Assembly: GCA_963772005.1 (NCBI GenBank)
Contig: CAVYVS010000025.1
Location: 130,471-154,470 of the forward strand
From: an uncultured Nitrososphaerota archaeon
GTDB lineage: Archaea > Thermoproteota > Nitrososphaeria > Conexivisphaerales > DTJL01
Length of the DNA: 24,000 nt
Direction of reading: 5' to 3'
Shown: in pieces, positions 8,369-14,951 of the stretch
Layout: the number at the start of each line of letters is the position of its first letter
Numbering within the stretch: the stretch's first letter is position 1
Notes under the pieces: generated by a model
What the model was told of the DNA's origin: nothing
Database searches by the model: none
The model's input: the letters and a program-made list of their open reading frames with translations, nothing else
Position numbers and translations under genes: made by a program

Positions 8369-9065
8369 CAGGCGCTGTTCGAGCTTGGGACGCCACTTGC
8401 TGATTTCGCCTGGGAAGGATGATCCGGCGTAGAAGGCCGTCCGAGTACTTGGCCACTCTGTCCAGAACCTTGTCGTTGAAATGACCGCTGAACCAGAAGG
8501 GCATCTTCTTGGAGGTCTTGGGATAGAACTCCGAAGGAGGGAATGAGACGAACTGGCCCTGGTAGCTCACTTCCTTTTGGTCTGAGAGTATCAGCTTCAT
8601 GACTTGGATGTATTCGTCGGTCATCTTACCTCTCATCTTGAAGGGCACGTTCATTGCATCAAAGTCGCTTTCGATGCTGCCTATGCATACGTTGAGGACG
8701 AACCTTCCGCCCGAAAGCTCAAAGAGTGAAACCGCCTGCTTCGCGAAGAGCACGGGATGTCGGATGGGAAGAACCGCGGAGCAGGGGATTAGCCTTACGT
8801 TATGCGTCCGTCCGGCGACCAGGGCCAGCGTCGTCATGGTTTCGAAATTGTCGGTGACGGGAAGCCCCTTCTTGTCGGCCTCGTCGACCATCTGCGCGGC
8901 GCCCCCGGCATTGTGATACCTTTCATCGTAGCTGAAGGAGACATGGTCGTGGGTGGTCACGGCGTCGAATCCGAGGTTGTCTGCCGCCTGCCCTATCTCA
9001 AGTATGCTGCGCTGGGAGGCAAGTGGACCGGAAACGGGAAGGCGCGCGCCGAATTTCAATTTCAC
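8361..9065 (-). CDS. LLM-class flavin/F420-dependent oxidoreductase, N-terminal fragment
   Basis: MKLKFGARLPVSGPLAS...EIGQAADNLGFDAVTTHDHV...MTTLALVAGRTHNVRLIPCSAVLPIRHPVLFAKQAVSLFELSGGRFVLNVCIGS is the classic TIM-barrel LLM N-terminal pattern. GTG start at 9065, with TTTACATA (9088-9095, minus strand) about 26 nt upstream. The tail LLRRIILPRRNQQVASQARTAPDG* is out-of-frame sequence. Confidence 0.8.
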   Translation of the reverse strand: MKLKFGARLPVSGPLASQRSILEIGQAADNLGFDAVTTHDHVSFSYDERYHNAGGAAQMVDEADKKGLPVTDNFETMTTLALVAGRTHNVRLIPCSAVLPIRHPVLFAKQAVSLFELSGGRFVLNVCIGSIESDFDAMNVPFKMRGKMTDEYIQVMKLILSDQKEVSYQGQFVSFPPSEFYPKTSKKMPFWFSGHFNDKVLDRVAKYSDGLLRRIILPRRNQQVASQARTAPDG

Positions 9066-9213
9066 GGCCGATGCGTACGTAATCCTGTATGTAAACGTGA
9101 TTATGCCTTCAAGAGCGTCGCTGCATTCGGCTCCGGGCTTTGCGGCCCCGACTAGAAAGTAGCCGTGATTTCATCGGTGTCCTTCGACAAATGGCGTTCG
9201 GGGTCTAGGTGGC

Positions 9214-9609
9214 TTACCTTCTGTACTCTCCCTCTATGTAGTAGAGGAATGAGCCCCTGTAGTGGAACGAGCCGCCTGAGCCGTCAAGCGGGTAGACCAC
9301 GAGCTCGTCGCCGACCACCTCGAATTCGTAGAGGTGGAGGTTGTGCTCGAACTTCCCATAGGGCGTGACTACATGGATGGCCTTCGCCAGACGTCCGGCC
9401 TCGAGGATGTTGTCGGTGAAGTCTGACACTTCGTGTTGGCCGCTATTGTGCTCCCTCCACTTGGGACAGGTTGCGGGCTGATCGGAACAGTAGGGCGACC
9501 CGTCTTTGTAGAAGGCGCACTGCAGGAAGTACGAGCAGCGCAGGGTTCTCTCCGGGACGTTCTCCAGGGTCTTTCTTTCGATGAACTTCTGTCTACCGCT
9601 TGGCGCCAA
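9214..9609 (-). CDS. Hypothetical protein with an N-terminal 4-Cys segment
   Basis: 131-aa ORF with a TTG start and coding-like composition. The four Cys lie in RCSYFLQCAFYKDGSPYCSDQPATCPKW. The C-terminal half looks beta-rich (HLYEFEVVGDELVVYPLDGSGGSFHY). I recognise no family. Confidence 0.5.
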   Translation of the reverse strand: MAPSGRQKFIERKTLENVPERTLRCSYFLQCAFYKDGSPYCSDQPATCPKWREHNSGQHEVSDFTDNILEAGRLAKAIHVVTPYGKFEHNLHLYEFEVVGDELVVYPLDGSGGSFHYRGSFLYYIEGEYRR

Positions 9610-9781
9610 ATGGAAACCAGCATGTCAGGCAGATATGGAGACGGTATTTTATGCTCGGTGTCTTGCAACGTTGCATTCGCGCATAAAAAGTGTTGACACG
9701 CCGGGCCCGACCTGTATATTTGGCATTGATGGCAGAAGCAAGCGATGGGTTGGCAAGATTTCCCCCTGTTTTGAAGATTCC

Positions 9782-10483
9782 CTATGAGGTTCCGGCCTTC
9801 AGTCTGTTCACTATCTCGACTACCCTGTCGTAGGTGATCCTGGGCTCCTTCTCGATCTCCTCAACCACCCGAGGGATGAGGTCTGCGGACGCCCCGGCCA
9901 TGACCGCCAGGTTCCGAGCGTGGAGCTTCATGTGGCCCTTACTGATGCCCTCGGTGGCTAGGACACGCAGGGCGGCCAGGTTCTGGGCCAGGCCGACGGA
10001 GGCCATGACGCAGGCGAGCTCTTGGGCCGTTTTCACGCCCAGAAGCTTGATGTTGGCCTTGGCCACCGGATGGGTGGAAGTGGCTCCGCCGAGGATGCCC
10101 GAAGCTATGGGGAGTTCGATGCTTCCGACGATGTTCCCCTCCGCGTCCTTCTCATATTTGGTCAGCGAGGAGTAATGCCCGTTCCTTGCAGCATACGCGT
10201 GGGCGCCGGACTCTATGGCGCGGGTGTCGTTCCCGGTGGCCAGCGCCACGGATGAAATCCCGTTCATGATCCCCTTGTTGTGGGTCGTGCAGCGGAATGG
10301 ATCCGCTTCGGCGAAGGCATAGGCGTCGAGTATGCCCTCCACCACGTCGGGTCCTCCGAGAGAATCCTTGTCGAACGTCGCCCATGACCTCGCCAGCCTC
10401 TTGGTGGCCAGGTTGGATAGGATCCTCAGTCGCACCCTCCCGCCGATCAGGGTTTCGATGAGGGGTGCCACCGTCTCGGCCAT
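9782..10483 (-). CDS. hmgA: Hydroxymethylglutaryl-CoA reductase, class II, C-terminal fragment of a frame-disrupted gene
   Basis: MAETVAPLIE...RILSNLA....A....D.L......V..GI..A..FA..DP.R..THNKGIMNGI..VALATGNDTRA.E.GAHAYA...G.Y..L...E....G...G..E.P...G..GG....HP.A......L......EL....A..GLAQN.AALRAL..EGI.KGHM.LHARN. This is the class II (Pseudomonas mevalonii-type) catalytic core. Confidence 0.9.
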   Translation of the reverse strand: MAETVAPLIETLIGGRVRLRILSNLATKRLARSWATFDKDSLGGPDVVEGILDAYAFAEADPFRCTTHNKGIMNGISSVALATGNDTRAIESGAHAYAARNGHYSSLTKYEKDAEGNIVGSIELPIASGILGGATSTHPVAKANIKLLGVKTAQELACVMASVGLAQNLAALRVLATEGISKGHMKLHARNLAVMAGASADLIPRVVEEIEKEPRITYDRVVEIVNRLKAGTS

Positions 10484-11049
10484 GGTGTTGACGGTGTTGG
10501 CCCCATGGCGTCCCTGCAGTCGGCGGTGATCTCGGTTATCACCATCTTCCCACGGCTTGTATCGATGACGCGTGCTTCTAGGTCAACGGCCCCGCCACCC
10601 AGCTTGACCAGGGTGGGATTAGTCTCGTTGCTTATCTCAAGTATCTTGTCGGCATGGGCAAGCAACTTATGGACAGCGGCATAGGGGTCGGTCACCCCCA
10701 CCGACTGTATCTGAGCCACCATGAGCGGTCTGGAGGCGACGGCGTGGAAGCCCCCCTTCACTCTGGCCATCTTGGCGGCGTTGGAGGCGGCTGCGATGAC
10801 GCTGGGCTCCTCGATGGCCATGGGGACGGCGTACTCTTTCCCGTTGATCAGGAAGTTGGTGGCTATGCCCACAGGGAGCTGGATGGCCCCTATGACGTTC
10901 TCGATCATCCGGTCGGCCACGTCCCTCTTCAGGGAGGTCATGGAGTAGATGGAGTCTGCCTCTTCGTCGGTGATGCCGGAGGCGTCCTTGACCCGTCTGA
11001 TCCTTTCGGCCATGTCGATCTTGTAGAGCCCGGACAGAGAAGAGCTCAT
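10447..11049 (-). CDS. hmgA: Hydroxymethylglutaryl-CoA reductase, class II, N-terminal fragment
   Basis: IENVIGAIQLPVGIATNFLINGKEYAVPMAIEEPSVIAAASNAAKMARVKGGF is the class II HMGR signature region. The frame fails right after ...ITADCRDAMG (PTPSTPWPRRWHPSSKP*). Confidence 0.9.
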   Translation of the reverse strand: MSSSLSGLYKIDMAERIRRVKDASGITDEEADSIYSMTSLKRDVADRMIENVIGAIQLPVGIATNFLINGKEYAVPMAIEEPSVIAAASNAAKMARVKGGFHAVASRPLMVAQIQSVGVTDPYAAVHKLLAHADKILEISNETNPTLVKLGGGAVDLEARVIDTSRGKMVITEITADCRDAMGPTPSTPWPRRWHPSSKP

Positions 11050-11141
11050 TCGGTGTCGATTTGCTCTACGTCAGGCGCAGGTAGATAAACCCTGTGAGAA
11101 GGCCAGTCGGAGTTCGTCGTGCAGCATCCAGTCTGCAAATG

Positions 11142-11148
11142 TTTAAAT
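11142..11148 (+). promoter_or_regulatory. TATA-like box for the tRNA-Val gene
   Basis: TTTAAAT is centred about 32 nt upstream of the mature tRNA 5' end (11177). This fits an archaeal TATA box at about -26 plus a short leader removed by RNase P. Confidence 0.4.
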
Positions 11149-11176
11149 CATTTCTCAAGCGGAGCTTAACGAAGTA

Positions 11177-11275
11177 GGGCCGGTCGTCTAGTCTGGTCTT
11201 GGACGTCGCTCTGACTCACACGTGGTGTGCAGAAGACGGCGAAGATCGCAGGTTCGAATCCTGCCCGGCCCACCA
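11177..11275 (+). tRNA. tRNA-Val (anticodon GAC) with a 20-nt intron in the anticodon loop and a genomically encoded CCA
   Basis: Hand-folded cloverleaf:
- acceptor GGGCCGG/CCGGCCC
- D arm GTCT-AGTCTGGTCTT-GGAC
- anticodon stem TCGCT/GGCGA
- variable loop AGATC
- T arm GCAGG-TTCGAAT-CCTGC
- discriminator A, then CCA

27 nt (11211-11237) lie between the anticodon-stem strands instead of 7. The oligo-T-containing TTGATTTTCA follows the gene. Confidence 0.8.
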
Positions 11276-11492
11276 AACTCTTGATTTTCATGAGATGGTT
11301 ACCTACATCGGATAGTAGCAGTGGGAACATGCCGTCCTGACCTTAATGTGAAAGAGTCCTTCTTTCATCATGACTTTCCGTACCGACCGGTCGAATCAAT
11401 ATACCAACATCTCAGCTCCTTGGTTTCCTGCTCACAGCTCCCATCAACTTCCTTGATGCGGCGTGCCCCTTGAAGCCGGCACATCTTCCAGT

Positions 11493-12728
11493 TTACACGA
11501 AGGAAGAGCTCGAGCGCCTGAACTGCAGCAAGAAGGCGACGAAGGCTCCAGCGAAGGTCAGGCTGCAGAGGACGAACAACACGGGAAACCCGAACCGCAT
11601 CGAAATGAAGCCGCCCAGGAATCCTCCCCCTGCGCTCCCCAAGCCCAGAACGGCCCCGTAGAGCCCAACCCGACCGATTCGCGCAGTTTCAAGAAAAGCG
11701 TACAGGCTCGAAACGTCGAAGAGTGACCAGAGGGATTCAAGGAGGGCGAGAACGGCCACCGCGGCTGCGAACCCCGAAGTGGGTCCCAGGGCCGCGAGTA
11801 GGAGGAGCGGAGGCACTATGATCCTCATAGATGAAGACAGCATCAGGCTCCACCCGGCGCCCTTGGTGAGGCGGCCTATGGCCGGGTAGAATAGGGCGCC
11901 CACCAACGAGCCCCCGAAGAAGATGAAGAATACTGAGCTTGAGGAGAAGAACTGGAGGAAGTACGCCGGAAGGGGCGAGTACAAGGCGTTCCCGGCAAGG
12001 GAGAAGCCGAAAATCCCTATCATGAGGAACTTGGTAGACCGGTTCAGCGTTCCCAGCAGCCTGTCGTAGCTCTGCAGCTGCGGCTGAAGCCTTGGATATC
12101 CCGCAATACTGGATACCGTGACGATGGTCGACGTCGAGCGCTCTAGCGCCACCAATCTCCTCTGAATCATAAGGCCTGGCTCCTGAGCGACGAGCCCCAG
12201 CGCAAGCGCCGACATCCCGGAAAGGACCCCGCAAATGAGGAAGAGCTCGTTGAAGCTTAGGGCAGACACCGTCAACGCACCGACCCCCATCCCGGCGGTC
12301 TCACTCAAAGAGGTCAGGAACTGCATGTTGGCCAGCCCCTGCTGCCACCCTTTCTGTTGCTCGGACTCAATTGTGAGTAGCTGCCTGGCTGGAAGGGTGG
12401 CCGCGTAGGCGACCGACTTCAAGCATATGAGGGCGAATAGCGCGGAGACACCCCCCGCCCAGGGCATTACGGCTATGGCGAGGCCCATCCCAATGAAGCC
12501 GAACACAAGAAAGGGCTTGCACCTCCCGGAGGAGTCCACTAGTCTCCCCCATAGCATCTGGGAGGGTATCAGGGCCAGGGCCGAGAGCGCGGTGACTAGC
12601 CCGACGTCTAGGAGGTTCCCGTGGAGACCCGAGATGAGAAAGAGCAGTACAAGGATGCTCACTAGGCCGTTTGCGATGGCCTGCGGAATCAGGCCGAGCT
12701 TCCAGGTATCCCTGCCTAGGGAGAGCAT
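11493..12728 (-). CDS. MFS (major facilitator superfamily) transporter
   Basis: 411 aa with about 12 hydrophobic segments. An MFS loop 2-3-like motif is present (LWGRLVDSSGRCKPFLVFGFIG). TTAAAT (12753-12758) lies about 27 nt upstream of the ATG on the minus strand. Confidence 0.85.
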   Translation of the reverse strand: MLSLGRDTWKLGLIPQAIANGLVSILVLLFLISGLHGNLLDVGLVTALSALALIPSQMLWGRLVDSSGRCKPFLVFGFIGMGLAIAVMPWAGGVSALFALICLKSVAYAATLPARQLLTIESEQQKGWQQGLANMQFLTSLSETAGMGVGALTVSALSFNELFLICGVLSGMSALALGLVAQEPGLMIQRRLVALERSTSTIVTVSSIAGYPRLQPQLQSYDRLLGTLNRSTKFLMIGIFGFSLAGNALYSPLPAYFLQFFSSSSVFFIFFGGSLVGALFYPAIGRLTKGAGWSLMLSSSMRIIVPPLLLLAALGPTSGFAAAVAVLALLESLWSLFDVSSLYAFLETARIGRVGLYGAVLGLGSAGGGFLGGFISMRFGFPVLFVLCSLTFAGAFVAFLLQFRRSSSSFV

Positions 12729-13000
12729 CCCTTCTTTGACCAGGAACCGGCCTTAAATGAAACTGAATATAGAAAAATTGCCCTATAGGTGAAGGCGGAG
12801 GCACCTACCAACCCCGAAACGTGCGGGCTACTCATAGCTACGCAGTATGGCGGGCCAGGCCCGTGACTTGGGCTGGTCTGGGTCGTTGTCGATACCAGTC
12901 GCATTAGCCGCTGGGGCGTTGACCCCGGCTACCCCTTTTGTCTTCGTCAAAGCCGATTTCTAGGCAGGTCCCACGACTAACGCGGATGTGAGGGAGTGGT

Positions 13001-13549
13001 CTATCCCTTGGCTGAGGAGATGAGCGCGTCTGAAATGGAATCAACCCAAGACGCGATCTCCTTCCAGTCACGGAAGTCACCCTCAGGCATTGCAGCGCGG
13101 GCTTCCTCGCTCCTCATCGCCATCTTGTAGCCGAACGCCATCAAGCCGGTCAGACGAGAGCTGTCTAGGGCCCCGAAGAAGACCCTATGGTCGCGGGGGT
13201 GGACGGCACTTCGTAGCTCCTCCAACTCCTTCGGCCCTGATACCTCTTTGTAGTCACGGCCCTGTTTGTCTTTGGGATCCTTCCCCACAGGCCCACTACT
13301 GAAGATCCACACCGGGCGCGTGGCCAGAATGGAGCGATTGCGCAAGAGGAACTGCTTCGCCTCTTTCATCCAGTGGAACATGTACAGGGCACTGCCGATT
13401 ACGAAGGCGTCGTAGGCCTTCACGTCCTTGATTCTGCTGACATCTTGCACCTCCGCGTCGAAGCCCTGCTCCTGAAGCTTCTCTCCGATGAACCCGGCAA
13501 TCCCTTGAGTGGCTCCGTACTTGCTGGCATACGCGACCAGGACCTTCAT
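13001..13549 (-). CDS. Flavodoxin-domain protein, HemG-like (long-chain flavodoxin-fold, menaquinone-dependent protoporphyrinogen oxidase family architecture)
   Basis: MKVLVAYASKYGATQGIAGFIGEKL...YDAFVIGSALYMFHW...FL matches the flavodoxin_5/HemG layout (MK.L...S..G.T..IA..........YD.V.IG....) at a similar length of 182 aa. GGTGA Shine-Dalgarno-like element lies immediately upstream (GATGGTGAAATG). Confidence 0.75.
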   Translation of the reverse strand: MKVLVAYASKYGATQGIAGFIGEKLQEQGFDAEVQDVSRIKDVKAYDAFVIGSALYMFHWMKEAKQFLLRNRSILATRPVWIFSSGPVGKDPKDKQGRDYKEVSGPKELEELRSAVHPRDHRVFFGALDSSRLTGLMAFGYKMAMRSEEARAAMPEGDFRDWKEIASWVDSISDALISSAKG

Positions 13550-13671
13550 TTCACCATCAATCTGCCTTTCATTTCGCCCAGCAGCACTCGGTCACTATTA
13601 AGAGCAACCCCCAACGGGTCGGTGCCATCCTGGTCCTCGCTAGAGCGGAAGTGCTGGAGGCCGGACTCCTC

Positions 13672-14205
13672 TCACTTCTTGCGGGGCTTCGGTACCTTGG
13701 TCATGGGCCCGACGGACAGCTTCTCGAGTTCCGCTATGGCATCCTGGACCTTGGCGGTGGCTACCCCGACCTGAGCCTCATATTCCCCTGTCGAAGGCTG
13801 TGGGGCCTCCGGCGTTGCCTCCCCGCTCAGGCGGTCCCTCGCCCGATAGAGACTCCATTTTAGTATGTTCCACTCGTCGTTTATCTCAGTGGTGTCATGG
13901 GCGGCCGTCGTCTCGGTGGGAGAAGCTGCCCGTCCGGTCCGCCTTCCCCCTTCTGGTAACCCCTTAGCCATCTCGTATACCCGGACCGAACAACCGCCAC
14001 AGAGGAAGAAGTTCGCCCACTCCTTGGCTCCCTTTGAATTTATTATGTAGACGTGCTGCTCTTCGACTGTTTCACCCTGGCGTACCCTTGCACCGCAACC
14101 ATCGCATCTACGCCATCCGTCGGATAGGGTCAGGCCTAGGAAGTCGCGCTCTATCTCCTTGGCACCGCGCATCCACTGGAACGGTTTCGGGTTCATTGGG
14201 CTCAC
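13672..14205 (-). CDS. Hypothetical zinc-ribbon protein with a basic C-terminal tail
   Basis: Two CxxC pairs (RCDGCGARV ... LCGGCSVRV) indicate a zinc ribbon. A low-complexity linker and a helical C-terminus ending KVPKPRKK follow. The in-frame ATG at 14196 is better spaced from the GGTGA element than the GTG at 14205. Confidence 0.55.
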   Translation of the reverse strand: MSPMNPKPFQWMRGAKEIERDFLGLTLSDGWRRCDGCGARVRQGETVEEQHVYIINSKGAKEWANFFLCGGCSVRVYEMAKGLPEGGRRTGRAASPTETTAAHDTTEINDEWNILKWSLYRARDRLSGEATPEAPQPSTGEYEAQVGVATAKVQDAIAELEKLSVGPMTKVPKPRKK

Positions 14206-14220
14206 ATCACCGCACCGCGG

Positions 14221-14535
14221 TTATAGGAGCTCGAGTCTAGCATTGGAGAGTAGGAGGTAAACGAAAGGAGAGCTTCTCTTCACCCGGCAACATAGTGGCG
14301 TTTCTTGTTCTCTCGTTTCGACATGTGGATCATGGCCCGTCCTCGCGAGGACTCCGAGCACCTGAAGGCAGAGGGAGAAACGAGAAGGCGAATCGCGCAC
14401 GCCATCGGCGGCCCGGAGGTCGAGGAGTTTTGTAGCAAGGTGACGGACGATCCTGCTGGTGTGAATGACAAAGAGCCCTGCGATGACGTGAGGGTGGGCC
14501 ACGCTGGCCCCCAAGGTGGTGAAAAGGGCGTTCAC
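14221..14535 (-). CDS. Possible small membrane protein; start unresolved (frame open up to 14724)
   Basis: The frame is open from 14724. Upstream of the first canonical start (GTG at 14535) it already encodes membrane-like sequence (EPYFTDIHVPILPFIASINLYLSAKIPFKEVKSPWKFLLTIIVVISTV). The C-terminal about 50 aa look non-coding-like. No family recognised. Confidence 0.35.
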   Translation of the reverse strand: MNALFTTLGASVAHPHVIAGLFVIHTSRIVRHLATKLLDLRAADGVRDSPSRFSLCLQVLGVLARTGHDPHVETREQETPLCCRVKRSSPFVYLLLSNARLELL

Positions 14536-14735
14536 CGTCGAGATGACGACGATTATTGTAAGCAGAAACTTCCAGGGGGATTTGACCTCCTTGAAGGGTA
14601 TCTTGGCCGACAGGTAGAGGTTGATGGAGGCGATGAAAGGAAGGATGGGAACATGGATATCGGTGAAGTATGGCTCCAGTTCAGTATCTTGACCTTGTGG
14701 GGGAGGGTTGCCCGAGTCAAGTGGTCATCTTCGCG

Positions 14736-14951
14736 CTACTTTGTTTCTTCGGACTCGACTAGGCCATCCTGGAAGTCGACGTCGATGTGGGCTCGATCGC
14801 AGAATGGCTTGTTCACGGAGACCCCACACCGGCAGAGGGTAACCCGGTTGCGCGCTTCGTAGGACTTGCCGTCATGTAGATTCGATCCGAATCCCTCCGC
14901 GGACCCAGAGCGGCCCGCTGATGCCGAGCCCAGGGTCCTCGACCACGCCAA
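14736..14951 (-). CDS. CDGSH iron-sulfur domain protein, C-terminal fragment (second CDGSH-type motif)
   Basis: DGKSYEARNRVTLCRCGVSVNKPFCDRAH fits the CDGSH 2Fe-2S motif C-x-C-x2-S-x3-P-x-C-D-x2-H. Only the last about 45 aa are meaningful. The M at 14951 is not a real start. Confidence 0.75.
   Translation of the reverse strand: MAWSRTLGSASAGRSGSAEGFGSNLHDGKSYEARNRVTLCRCGVSVNKPFCDRAHIDVDFQDGLVESEETK

Noticed and set aside
7860-9213. A TPP riboswitch upstream of the NMT1/THI5-like binding-protein gene or the LLM gene. TPP riboswitches are known in some Thermoplasmata.
   Set aside because: Neither upstream spacer (7860-8008, 9066-9213) contains the conserved CUGAGA or ACCUGA core elements on the coding strand. 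The LLM gene appears leaderless.
11276-11492. A tRNA-adjacent integration site (att) or remnant of an integrated element downstream of tRNA-Val. Also a C/D-box sRNA, suggested by ATGATGA on the minus strand (11365-11371) next to the hairpin TGAAAGA-GTCCT-TCTTTCA (11349-11367).
   Set aside because: I found no second copy of the tRNA 3' half anywhere in the window, and there is no integrase or phage-like gene; the flanking gene is an ordinary MFS transporter. For the sRNA idea, no CTGA D or D' box follows the putative C box at the required spacing.
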